This document shows positions 7,339 to 16,073 of a stretch of DNA of 24,655 nucleotides, one piece after another. Origin of the DNA: Candidatus Rifleibacteriota bacterium (lineage in GTDB: Bacteria > Muiribacteriota > Ozemobacteria > Ozemobacterales > Ozemobacteraceae). Location: assembly GCA_051747585.1 (NCBI GenBank), contig JBNJGH010000023.1, forward strand, positions 1 to 24,655. Direction: 5' to 3'. The translations under genes and the position numbers were made by a program. How positions within the stretch are numbered: position 1 is the stretch's first letter; every line of letters starts with the position of its first letter. Under the pieces are notes generated by a model, which made no database searches, had not been told where the DNA came from, and worked only from the letters and a program-made list of their open reading frames with translations.

Positions 7339-7855
7339 GTAGTATTTCATCAATATTTTTTGAAATTTCTTCTTTGGAAAGGCTGTCCAGGTCGATGCTC
7401 TCTTTAAGCTTCTTCAGGCGTATAAATCTTTGCCTGTATTTATCCTGTAACTCATTTACTGATTCGCATAATATTCTGCCTTCATCACCTTTTCTCAATC
7501 TTAGTGCGGGTAAGTTTAAAGCTCCTGATGAAAGTTTTTTAATGTGTCCGGCAATTTTAAAAATCGGGCCGATAATTTTGTGTGAAATAAAGATGGCAAT
7601 AATCAGAATAAAAATAGAAATCAGTAAAAAGCTTAATCCATTAGTAACAATAATTGCAGGCTTTAAAATTTCCCAGGTTGATCTCAAGCGGTTATGAGCA
7701 GACAAAAAACCTTCCTGAATATTTTTGCTGGTTATGCGGTAAAGAAAAAATCCATGTAATATCGAGCCTAAAAAGACAATCAGGCTCATAAATCCTACGA
7801 GTTTTAGCTGATAAGAAGGTAAGATCAGGTAATGTTTTCTTTTTGCTTTGCTCAT
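7307..7855 (-). CDS. Two-TM membrane protein with HAMP-like segment and no output domain
   Basis: KRKHYLI...Q N-terminus, two hydrophobic helices, SHKIIGPI...LRLRKGDE HAMP-like motif. Confidence 0.72.
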   Translation of the reverse strand: MSKAKRKHYLILPSYQLKLVGFMSLIVFLGSILHGFFLYRITSKNIQEGFLSAHNRLRSTWEILKPAIIVTNGLSFLLISIFILIIAIFISHKIIGPIFKIAGHIKKLSSGALNLPALRLRKGDEGRILCESVNELQDKYRQRFIRLKKLKESIDLDSLSKEEISKNIDEILHEIDTETHKH

Positions 7856-7872
7856 AACCTTAAAGCTCCTTG

Positions 7873-8826
7873 TTATTTGGTTGCATCTTTTGATTTTTCA
7901 GCACTTATACCACGTTTTGCTAAAAGCGATGGATTTATCCAGTAGTTTATTTCTGATTTAAGTGTGGCAAGATGCTTATAGATAATTCGGTTCTTATTTA
8001 TAGAAGGTTTTGATTTATCAGGTTCGCCTTCAGGAGATGTTTCGTGTTTACTTAGAACCTGGTAGAAATGAAAACCATTGTTGTCAGTGAAGCCAAGAGT
8101 AAGCTTATTATTTTTTTGCTTTAACAGTTTTTCGAAAACTCCGGCTGGAAGATCTGATTTCGTTTTCCAGCCAAGATCTCCGCCAACCGACTTATAAAGA
8201 GAAGTGCTGTAGCTTGCGTTTATTAAGGAAAAATCCGTTCCAGATACTACAGCCTGTTTAACCTGTTCGGCTTCAGAGGCTGTATTAACCTTAATAGTGC
8301 GTAAGTGCAGCTTTATTTTTTTGGGAGTTTGGGCTTTTTGTTGTGACTCAGGTTTTGAGCGGGTAATTTCGTTTTTAACTATATTTTTTATTGCCGCTCG
8401 TGCAAGTTCTTCTAGCAGAAAAATTGATTTTGCAATTTTTTCGCTGTCTTCTGAATTTTTTAAGGCTCGATCAAATTTTTGAATTTTTTTCTTGAATTCA
8501 GGGTTGGAATCAAGATTTTTTCTTCGCGCATCTTCTGCCAGTAATAAAGTTTCAAACAGTTCTTCGGCAAAAGATTGGTCGCTTAAGTTCTTAACTCTTT
8601 TGCCCGAAATTTCTTTTATTTTTTTGAAATCGCTCAAACTTATATTGGTCGAGCCCACTTTTATTGCCAGATTTTTGCGGCCAAGCAGAGAGTCAAAATC
8701 CAGCCAGGTAAAAAGAAACATTAAAAAAAAGGTCATGCCAAGTGCAAAAATAATAAAGCCAACAATACCGGTTTTTGAAACCAGTATCACGTCATGCTCG
8801 CGTTCGTTGTTATGTTTATTGGTCAT
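7873..8826 (-). CDS. Membrane-anchored parvulin/SurA-like foldase (PpiC-type rotamase domain)
   Basis: N-terminal TM anchor, LAIKVGSTNISLSDF and LLAEDARRKNLD SurA-N-like motifs, GGDLGW and GFHFY rotamase motifs. Confidence 0.78.
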   Translation of the reverse strand: MTNKHNNEREHDVILVSKTGIVGFIIFALGMTFFLMFLFTWLDFDSLLGRKNLAIKVGSTNISLSDFKKIKEISGKRVKNLSDQSFAEELFETLLLAEDARRKNLDSNPEFKKKIQKFDRALKNSEDSEKIAKSIFLLEELARAAIKNIVKNEITRSKPESQQKAQTPKKIKLHLRTIKVNTASEAEQVKQAVVSGTDFSLINASYSTSLYKSVGGDLGWKTKSDLPAGVFEKLLKQKNNKLTLGFTDNNGFHFYQVLSKHETSPEGEPDKSKPSINKNRIIYKHLATLKSEINYWINPSLLAKRGISAEKSKDATK

Positions 8827-9386
8827 TCTTCTTTAGAGTTTGAGGGCAGGGTTTGGCTGCCCGAGGCTTCTTTTTGCATCCGGGCAAATTCTTTAAAAAA
8901 ATTATCGAGGTCCATGGGCCCGGCATGGGAGTATTTTATTATGCCGTCTGGTGAAACTACAAAAACGCTTGGAGTTACCATAACTCCCCATTGATCTGCC
9001 GTGCGGTAGGTTTGTGAGGCAATCTCTTCGAGAAGAATGGGGTGCTTGATATCTCTTTTTTTACAGTAGTTTTTTATTGCGGTTTTCATCTTTTTTGTGT
9101 CAAGAGCCACAAAAAAGGGTTTAACCGAACTTTTATCGGTAAGATATTTTTGTAGTGCTGGAATTTCGTCGAGGCAGGAATGACAGAACATCGACCAATA
9201 AAAGATCATGTTCCATTGGCCGGGAACAGGAAACTGATAAGATTGATCATCAGTAGCTTTCAGACTGTTGACCGGCGCTTTGCTGCCTGGCTTTAAAAGT
9301 GCATCGAATTGCGCGTTGGCAGTTGAGGTTGCAAATAAAATAAGAGCAAAAAATAATATGAATCTAGAGTTTCGACAATATTGCAT
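8823..9386 (-). CDS. Exported TlpA/ResA-like thiol-disulfide oxidoreductase
   Basis: Signal peptide ending ANA-Q, FYWSMFCHSCLDEIP, cis-Pro loop GVMVTPS. Confidence 0.88.
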   Translation of the reverse strand: MQYCRNSRFILFFALILFATSTANAQFDALLKPGSKAPVNSLKATDDQSYQFPVPGQWNMIFYWSMFCHSCLDEIPALQKYLTDKSSVKPFFVALDTKKMKTAIKNYCKKRDIKHPILLEEIASQTYRTADQWGVMVTPSVFVVSPDGIIKYSHAGPMDLDNFFKEFARMQKEASGSQTLPSNSKEE

Positions 9387-9876
9387 TTTTTATTTCCTTT
9401 TCTTGTCCGGGCTCATAGCCAAGATGATCGTAAAGTTTTTTTCCCTGACGGTTTATAAGTATAATTCTTGGTAGAACAGTAACGCCATATTTTTGCAATA
9501 AAGTGCTGTTTTCGTCAACTGCTACCAGATAAGGTATTCCGGGCTTGTATCGCTTTAGAAAAATCTGAAGCTTCTGTTGCGGGTAACCGGGCGGGTGTAT
9601 TCCTATAACTGTAAGCTTGTCGGAAAGTTCTTTATGGATTTTGCTGACCAAAGGAATTTCTTGAATACAGCTTGCACAGGTGATAGACCAGAAAACCAGC
9701 ATTACAGGCTTGTCGGAAAAAATTCCTGAGAGTTTGAATTTCTGCCCTTTGAAATTTGATAAAGTTACACCCTGAAGCGAGGAGAAACTTCCCGGCTCGC
9801 TGTCAGGGATGAAAAGAGATATCAAAGGAATAGTAATGATTGCTATAAATAATAGTATTGCGTGATTGCGATTCAT
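9364..9876 (-). CDS. Membrane-anchored TlpA/ResA-like thiol-disulfide oxidoreductase
   Basis: N-terminal TM, FWSITCASCIQEIP, YGVTVLPR; ATG 9876 preferred over TTG 9888. Confidence 0.88.
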   Translation of the reverse strand: MNRNHAILLFIAIITIPLISLFIPDSEPGSFSSLQGVTLSNFKGQKFKLSGIFSDKPVMLVFWSITCASCIQEIPLVSKIHKELSDKLTVIGIHPPGYPQQKLQIFLKRYKPGIPYLVAVDENSTLLQKYGVTVLPRIILINRQGKKLYDHLGYEPGQEKEIKNAILSKL

Positions 9877-9926
9877 AATCGCTACCAATATAACGCATTT
9901 TATAAAAAATTATAAGGTACTGGCTT

Positions 9927-10565
9927 TTAGTCCAGGGCGACAATTGTTCCGGCTAATGTATCTCCCCATCTGCGGTTTTGTGGTCCTGAATAAATTTTGT
10001 AAACTTCAAATAAAATAGCAAGAAAGCTGATACCCATAAGCGGTAATATTATAAAGAAGCCCATCATTCCGGAAATTATAGGGATTCTTATTACATTTAA
10101 TAACGAAGAAATTGCTGCAAGCACATAACCAGATGCTGGTATAAGATTTCGTTTGATTGATTGCTGCGAGGTAATGGGTTTTTTGTTCATGTCGGTAACT
10201 CTTATTCCCATTGCTTTTTTTCCCGGAGTTTGTCCATCGAATGGTCCTGCCTGGAACGGAGTGTCTTTTAACAGAATTGCTGCTGCTGCCAGCCCCCATA
10301 CTATCGCGCTTGCAAGAGCACCGAGATTTACCGGTGATGAGGGAAGAACAAAATATGCCGGAAAAGTAATAATCATTGCGGCGACGCCAACCAGAATAAA
10401 ATCTATAAAGGTCGCAACGAGTCTTTTGCCTAGAATTCCTTCAAGATGAAAAGCTGACGCGGAATCAGGCTGCTGTTCTTCAACGCTGTTCGCTTGAGAT
10501 TGTTCTTGTGGCTGGCCTTCTGCTGATTGTTTAACTTCTTGATTCTGTTCAATGTTTTCGTTCAT
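9927..10565 (-). CDS. RDD family membrane protein
   Basis: KRLVATFID, GQTPGKKAMGIRV, RRWGDTLAGTIV; Shine-Dalgarno GGGAGA upstream. Confidence 0.9.
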   Translation of the reverse strand: MNENIEQNQEVKQSAEGQPQEQSQANSVEEQQPDSASAFHLEGILGKRLVATFIDFILVGVAAMIITFPAYFVLPSSPVNLGALASAIVWGLAAAAILLKDTPFQAGPFDGQTPGKKAMGIRVTDMNKKPITSQQSIKRNLIPASGYVLAAISSLLNVIRIPIISGMMGFFIILPLMGISFLAILFEVYKIYSGPQNRRWGDTLAGTIVALD

Positions 10566-10654
10566 AATGGTTTAATCTCCCAAAAAATCTTAGTAAATTA
10601 GCAACTATACTAAGGTATTATATTCAAAAATGTAAACAGGGCAAGTATAGAATA

Positions 10655-11116
10655 ATGAAAATAGGATTAATTTCAGATACACATTACGGGAATCCCTCTA
10701 AGGTTACTATTCCTGACTGGATAAAAGCAGCATTCAATAAAGTTGATATGATAATTCATGCAGGAGACATCGAGTCAAGAGCGGCTTATAACGAATTTTC
10801 CAATCTTGCGCCATTTTACGCGGTCAAAGGAAACTGCGACTTTCAGCTGAATGACCTTCCGCAACATCGAAATATTGAAATAGGCTGTGGAATTCTTACT
10901 GTGGCCCACAGGGTTGGGCATGCTCGATCTGCTATGGTCGATAACACCAGAGTTCTTTTATATGGCCATACACATTTAGCTGTAATTAATCAGCAGGAAA
11001 ATCTGTTGGTAGTAAATCCCGGCAGTCCTTCTATGCCACGCGGCGGAATGCCTCCTTCGGTGGCTCTTTTAACAGTCGAAGGCGACAGTGTTCGCGCCGA
11101 ATTAAGATATCGTTGA
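10655..11116 (+). CDS. YfcE/MJ0936-family metallophosphoesterase
   Basis: ISDTH, HAGD, GNCD, GHTH, NPGS motifs. Confidence 0.92.
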   Translation: MKIGLISDTHYGNPSKVTIPDWIKAAFNKVDMIIHAGDIESRAAYNEFSNLAPFYAVKGNCDFQLNDLPQHRNIEIGCGILTVAHRVGHARSAMVDNTRVLLYGHTHLAVINQQENLLVVNPGSPSMPRGGMPPSVALLTVEGDSVRAELRYR

Positions 11117-11167
11117 ATGATTGCCGATTAGTATTAAAGAAAAAATTGATAGAAATAAGGTGGCAAG

Positions 11168-12766
11168 ATGAAACGAATTCTCTTAACGATGATAATTGTC
11201 GGAGTAGCCGCAGTAGGGGCTAACCTGATTCTTAACGGCCCTGCGCAAACAAACACCACCAGGTCAAAGGGCATTTTTTCCGGTTATCTTTCGAGTGAGC
11301 CTTCAAATTTAGACCCTGCACGTGGTGTAGATGTAAATGAAGCTTCGGTGCAGGCCAAAATTTTTGACGGGCTTGTTAGATACGATCATAAAATGAAGCT
11401 GGTTGGAGCTATTGCCAAATCATGGACAGTTAGTTCAGACGGTAAAGAGTATATCTTTACTTTGCGACCCGACATTTATTTTCATAACGGACAAAAACTG
11501 ACAGCCGCAGATGTGGTTTATTCTCTTGATCGTGTGCTTGATCCTGAAGTAGCATCGCCGCGGACCTGGGTTCTCGGGAAAGTTCTTGGAGCCAAAGATC
11601 GAATGAGCGGAGAAAGTGACAAAGTTGCTGGAATTACTCAGCTGGACAAATACAAAGTGTCGATAAAACTAAAATCGGCTTTTGCTCCTTTCATGAGTTT
11701 GCTGACCATGCCTGCTTGCTATATTCTTCCCAATGAAAGTGCCGAGAAAATAAGCGACACAACCTTTTTTGAAAAACCTGCCGGCACCGGGCCTTTTAAA
11801 ATTATTCAAAGAGTCCGTGACAGTTATATTAGATTGAAAGCAAATAACAACTATTTTGGCGTCAGGCCCAAACTTGCAGTTTATGACCTTAGAATAATAC
11901 CTGAAAACATGAAAGCCGAAATGGAATTTGAAAGTGGCAACCTTGATCTGTTGCAGCTTTATCCCTCAAACTATAATCGCTTTAATGAAGATGCACATTA
12001 TTCGGCAAGAATTAAAAATATACCTGCGATGAATGTTTATTATGTTGGTTTCAATAACCAGAAAGCACCCTTTACTGATGTCAGGGTAAGAAAAGCTCTT
12101 AATATGCTTATTGATCGCGATAAAATAATTAAAGCCGTATTCAAGGGGCGTGCAGTTTCGGCTAAGGGTAGTATTCCTCCGGGGATTCTCGGTTATGATG
12201 AAAAAGCCAATGGATATGGATACAATCCCGAAAAAGGTCTGCGACTATTAAAAGAAGCCGGCTATGATAAAAATAACCCATTGAGGTTCAAGCTTTATCA
12301 AAAATCAGCCCAGGCTGCATTTGAAATAACCAGACTTATTCAAGGCGAATTAAACAAGCATGGCGTTGAAGTAAAACTTGTTCCCATGGAATGGAGTGCC
12401 TTGAAAGACTCTATTAACAAGGGCGAGGCTCCCGCATTCTATTTGAGCTGGTATGGCGATTATCCCGATGGCGAAAACTTCCTCTATCCCTTGTTTCATT
12501 CCAACAACTGGGCTTCGGGCGGAAATCGCGCAAGATTTAAAAATTCAGAAATTGATAAAATGATTGAAGAAGCGGTAAAAATTCAAGATCCGGATATTAG
12601 AGCAGAGGCTTATTCAAGAATTAACTCAAAAATTTATGAACAAGCTCCCTGGCTGTATCTCTGGCATCAGAGCGAAAGCTATCTGACCAGCAGAGACGTA
12701 AAAAACATTGATTTCAGCCCTTTGTTTTTCTGCGATAAGGCCTTGACTCTAAGCGTAAAACACTGA
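11168..12766 (+). CDS. Peptide/glutathione ABC transporter substrate-binding protein (family 5, DppA/GsiB-like)
   Basis: N-terminal anchor, NLDPA, FHNG.KLTAADV, PAGTGPF, VRKALN, WYGDYPD. Confidence 0.93.
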   Translation: MKRILLTMIIVGVAAVGANLILNGPAQTNTTRSKGIFSGYLSSEPSNLDPARGVDVNEASVQAKIFDGLVRYDHKMKLVGAIAKSWTVSSDGKEYIFTLRPDIYFHNGQKLTAADVVYSLDRVLDPEVASPRTWVLGKVLGAKDRMSGESDKVAGITQLDKYKVSIKLKSAFAPFMSLLTMPACYILPNESAEKISDTTFFEKPAGTGPFKIIQRVRDSYIRLKANNNYFGVRPKLAVYDLRIIPENMKAEMEFESGNLDLLQLYPSNYNRFNEDAHYSARIKNIPAMNVYYVGFNNQKAPFTDVRVRKALNMLIDRDKIIKAVFKGRAVSAKGSIPPGILGYDEKANGYGYNPEKGLRLLKEAGYDKNNPLRFKLYQKSAQAAFEITRLIQGELNKHGVEVKLVPMEWSALKDSINKGEAPAFYLSWYGDYPDGENFLYPLFHSNNWASGGNRARFKNSEIDKMIEEAVKIQDPDIRAEAYSRINSKIYEQAPWLYLWHQSESYLTSRDVKNIDFSPLFFCDKALTLSVKH

Positions 12767-12788
12767 TAAAACAATCTGCATACAAAAA

Positions 12789-12834
12789 TGATCTGGGTGG
12801 TCTGAAAAGCATTTCTTTGCAGATCACCCGGTCA
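12789..12834 (+). promoter_or_regulatory. Intercistronic stem-loop after the substrate-binding protein gene (mRNA stabiliser or partial terminator)
   Basis: CTGGGTGGTCTG (12793-12804) pairs with CAGATCACCCGG (12820-12831) with two G-U pairs; only a weak T-run follows. Confidence 0.6.
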
Positions 12835-12862
12835 GGTTTTAGAAATAACCTACAGGCAAACA

Positions 12863-13813
12863 ATGCTCGAATATACTTTTCGTAGAATAATAGGAACTCT
12901 GCCCGTTTTATTTGGCATTTTACTGGTGGCTTTTGCTGTGCTGTTTCTTATTCCCGGTAATCCGGCACTTACACTTGCCGGGCCAAGAGCAGATCAGCAA
13001 GCTGTAGAGCGCATTGCCGAAAAAATGGGTCTTGATGAACCTGTTCATACAAGATTTTTTAACTATGCAGGTAGAGTGTGTTCTGGCGATCTTGGCGAGT
13101 CGGTAGTCTCAGGTAAACCGGTAATTGAGTCTATTAAAGAAAAGTTGCCATATACAATTAAGCTGGCTTTGATCGCCATGATTTTTGCCGTAGTTATCGG
13201 GGTTATCACGGGAATAATCGGAGCCATTACCAATGGTGGCTGGATCGATCGGCTATGTACTTTTTTCTCGGTTGCGGGAATAAGCATTCCGGTTTTTCTT
13301 TCCGGGCTGGTGTTTTTATATGTTTTTGCCGTAAGACTAAGGTGGTTTCCCACCTCATGGTTTCGCGCCGGCGATAGCCTATGGCCTTTTATACTGCCTG
13401 CTTTTACTCTAGGCATCAGATCGGCAGCTTTTCTTGCAAGAATTGTCAGAAGTAGTCTGATTGAAGTGCTGAATCAGGATTTTATAAGAACTGCCCGGGC
13501 GAAGGGGTTGAATCCTCTTAGAATCTTATTTCGCCATGGGCTGGTTAATGCTTTGATTCCAGTAATCACGGTAATTGGGCTCGATATTTCCAGCTATTTG
13601 AATGGCTCTGTTATAGTCGAAACCATATTTGATCTTCCGGGTATCGGTCGGTTCGCCATGGATGCGATTCTAAAACGTGATTACCCTGTAATTCAGGGAG
13701 TCGTGCTTTTTGGCGCTTTTATTTTTGTAATGGTGAATTTGCTTATCGATCTTTTGTATGCCTTTATCAACCCGAAAATTCGTGATGAAATGTCAGGAAA
13801 AGCAAACAGATGA
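12863..13813 (+). CDS. ABC transporter permease, DppB/GsiC-like
   Basis: LIPGNPA, GDLGES, DFIRTARAKGL EAA loop, VETIFDLPGIG, RDYPVIQG. Confidence 0.94.
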   Translation: MLEYTFRRIIGTLPVLFGILLVAFAVLFLIPGNPALTLAGPRADQQAVERIAEKMGLDEPVHTRFFNYAGRVCSGDLGESVVSGKPVIESIKEKLPYTIKLALIAMIFAVVIGVITGIIGAITNGGWIDRLCTFFSVAGISIPVFLSGLVFLYVFAVRLRWFPTSWFRAGDSLWPFILPAFTLGIRSAAFLARIVRSSLIEVLNQDFIRTARAKGLNPLRILFRHGLVNALIPVITVIGLDISSYLNGSVIVETIFDLPGIGRFAMDAILKRDYPVIQGVVLFGAFIFVMVNLLIDLLYAFINPKIRDEMSGKANR

Positions 13814-14637
13814 AAAAGATTTTAAGCAGAATGACATTTGCGGGTTGGATAAGTTTAGCCGGGCTTTCGGCCATAATGCTTGTCGCTCTCTTTGCTCCAT
13901 GGATTGCGCCTAATGACCCTCTGGAGACCGACCCATTGCGCCGTCTCCAAAACCCTGATGGTTTCCCGCTCGGCTGCGATCAATTGGGCCAGTGTGTGTA
14001 TTCGAGAATTGTTTATGGCACCAGGCTTTCATTGGGTATAGGCTTTGCTGCCAGGTTTTCGGCTTTGATTATCGGTTTGGCAGTAGGAATGCTGGCCGGC
14101 TACTTTGGTGGTTGGCTTGACTGGGCCTTGATGAGAGTTGTCGATATGTTTCTCGCTTTTCCGAGTTTGCTTCTGGCAATAGCAGTTTCAATGGTTCTGG
14201 GCAATGGTATTGGCACGGTAATTCTTGCTCTTGCAATTGTTGGCTGGGCAGAAATGGCCAGAATAATAAGATCTGCCACCCTTGAGCTCAGGTCGGCTGA
14301 ATTTGTTGTGGCGGCCAGAACCCTTGGTGCCAGCCACTGTCGAATAATTCTTACTCATATTCTTCCGAATTGTCTGCCCTTGATTACTGTTATTTTTACC
14401 ATGGGAATGGCAACGGCAGTGCTTGCAGAGGCCAGCTTGAGCTTTCTCGGACTTGGGGTCGACCCTTCTTTGCCAACGTGGGGAGGAATGGTAGCCTCGG
14501 CAAAAGATTATATGATGCGCCAGCCCATGCTGGTTGTTTATCCCGGTCTTTGCATAGCATTTCTGGTGATTATTCTCAACATTCTTGGCGATGAGTTAAG
14601 AGATATTTTTGATCCATCACGTAAGGGCAATTTTTAA
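13810..14637 (+). CDS. ABC transporter permease, DppC/GsiD-like
   Basis: PLGCDQLG, EFVVAARTLGAS, HILPN, EASLSFLGLG, PTWG, GDELRD; 4-bp overlap with upstream permease. Confidence 0.94.
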   Translation: MKKILSRMTFAGWISLAGLSAIMLVALFAPWIAPNDPLETDPLRRLQNPDGFPLGCDQLGQCVYSRIVYGTRLSLGIGFAARFSALIIGLAVGMLAGYFGGWLDWALMRVVDMFLAFPSLLLAIAVSMVLGNGIGTVILALAIVGWAEMARIIRSATLELRSAEFVVAARTLGASHCRIILTHILPNCLPLITVIFTMGMATAVLAEASLSFLGLGVDPSLPTWGGMVASAKDYMMRQPMLVVYPGLCIAFLVIILNILGDELRDIFDPSRKGNF

Positions 14638-14654
14638 CTTTTGGAGTTTTATTG

Positions 14655-15446
14655 ATGAAAAAAAGACCGGTAATTGGCATCGCATATTCAGACTCTTCGG
14701 TAAGAGACAGTCAGATGCGAATAAGAACCTATGTTTCGCGCAAGTATTACCGCAGTGTTTTTATGGCTGACGGCCTGCCTGTATTGTTACCAACCATAGA
14801 CCCCAATTTTAATAATAGGCTGGCTGGTGAAAATAATCTCGACTTTCCTGAAAGTTATGATCACATTTTAGAGCAGTATTTGAATATGGTCGATGCCGTG
14901 ATTCTAGCCGGGGGAGAAGATGTCGACCCGAGATTTCAAAATGAAGATCCGCACCCGGATATTGATCTGGTGAACCCTTTTAGAGATGAGTTTGAGTTAG
15001 CATTAACCAGGGCGGTTTTTAACAGAAAATTTACCGGGCGAAAGTTGCCTGTTCTTGGTATTTGCCGGGGAATTCAGGTTATGACCATAGCTCTTGGAGG
15101 TAAAATTCATCAAGATATCAAGAATATCCAAAAATTGCAGCATTCACAAAGAGCTCCAAGATGGGCTACCACTCATAAAATTAAAATCGAGTCATCTACC
15201 AGACTTGCTGAAATAATGCAAAATTCTGAAATTTTTACTAACTCGTTTCATCATCAGTCGGTTAAAGATGTTCCTGATGGTTTTAAAGTATCAGCACAGA
15301 GTTCAGATGGCATTATTGAGGCGATGGAATTTTCGGGCGATCATTTCATGCTTGGTGTGCAATGGCATCCTGAAGAAACCAGTGAAACCGACAGATTTAG
15401 CGCCCAACTTTTCAAGGGGTTCGTAGCTGCCGCCAAAAATAATTAG
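14655..15446 (+). CDS. Peptidase C26 / gamma-glutamyl-gamma-aminobutyrate hydrolase family (PuuD-like)
   Basis: RPVIGI, GGEDVDP, nucleophile GICRG, NSFHHQ, GVQWHPE; GGAG Shine-Dalgarno before ATG 14655. Confidence 0.92.
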   Translation: MKKRPVIGIAYSDSSVRDSQMRIRTYVSRKYYRSVFMADGLPVLLPTIDPNFNNRLAGENNLDFPESYDHILEQYLNMVDAVILAGGEDVDPRFQNEDPHPDIDLVNPFRDEFELALTRAVFNRKFTGRKLPVLGICRGIQVMTIALGGKIHQDIKNIQKLQHSQRAPRWATTHKIKIESSTRLAEIMQNSEIFTNSFHHQSVKDVPDGFKVSAQSSDGIIEAMEFSGDHFMLGVQWHPEETSETDRFSAQLFKGFVAAAKNN

Positions 15447-15516
15447 GAGAAAATACTAAAGTTTTGCCCCGGTTTTGTCGATATATATAGTAGAAGACGA
15501 TAAAAGGGGGCATTGT

Positions 15517-16011
15517 ATGAAACGGCTAAGTATATTTCTGATAGCAACGTTTCTTTTTTTTATGATTGCAAATGGTTTCGCCCCTGAAGTTAAGACTTTT
15601 CCTTTTAAAATTACCGGCTGTAATTTACAGCCTGACTTTTTGGAACTCAAAGTAAAACCTATGGAAAAGGGACCAACCCTGCCGGTAAATCTAAAGCTTA
15701 AAGTTCGCCACAATGGAATGGTTAAAGCCGTTGGTTTTGCTCGAGTTAAAATGCTAAATCTGCCCGAAAGCGACTTTAATCTAGACATACAGCTTTCCAA
15801 CAGTCTCAATGTTACTCGGAACTATAATATTGAGATAGTGGCAGAAATGGCAAATAAACCATTAATAAAAAATGAATTTGCTTCGGTAAAAGTTTCGGGG
15901 CATAGTTCGAGAGATTTTTTTGATAAAAAGTTCAAACCTGTTCCCGAAGTCGCCGAGATTCGGGGCAGTTTCGATGAAATCGAAGTCAGAACTGCAATGG
16001 GAATCAACTGA
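15517..16011 (+). CDS. Exported hypothetical protein, beta-rich
   Basis: AAGGGGG Shine-Dalgarno then ATG 15517, MKRLSIFLIATFLFFMIANGFA signal peptide; no recognised family. Confidence 0.72.
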   Translation: MKRLSIFLIATFLFFMIANGFAPEVKTFPFKITGCNLQPDFLELKVKPMEKGPTLPVNLKLKVRHNGMVKAVGFARVKMLNLPESDFNLDIQLSNSLNVTRNYNIEIVAEMANKPLIKNEFASVKVSGHSSRDFFDKKFKPVPEVAEIRGSFDEIEVRTAMGIN

Positions 16012-16073
16012 TAAATTATCGCAGTTAAGGAGTTAGATTTTAAACTCTACTGGCTATAACTCATCGTTTTGAG

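Noticed and set aside
10591..10606. TAGTAAATTAGCAACT resembles the left end of element B (13/16)
   Set aside because: AT-rich divergent promoter region with no partner end or target duplication; chance match is plausible
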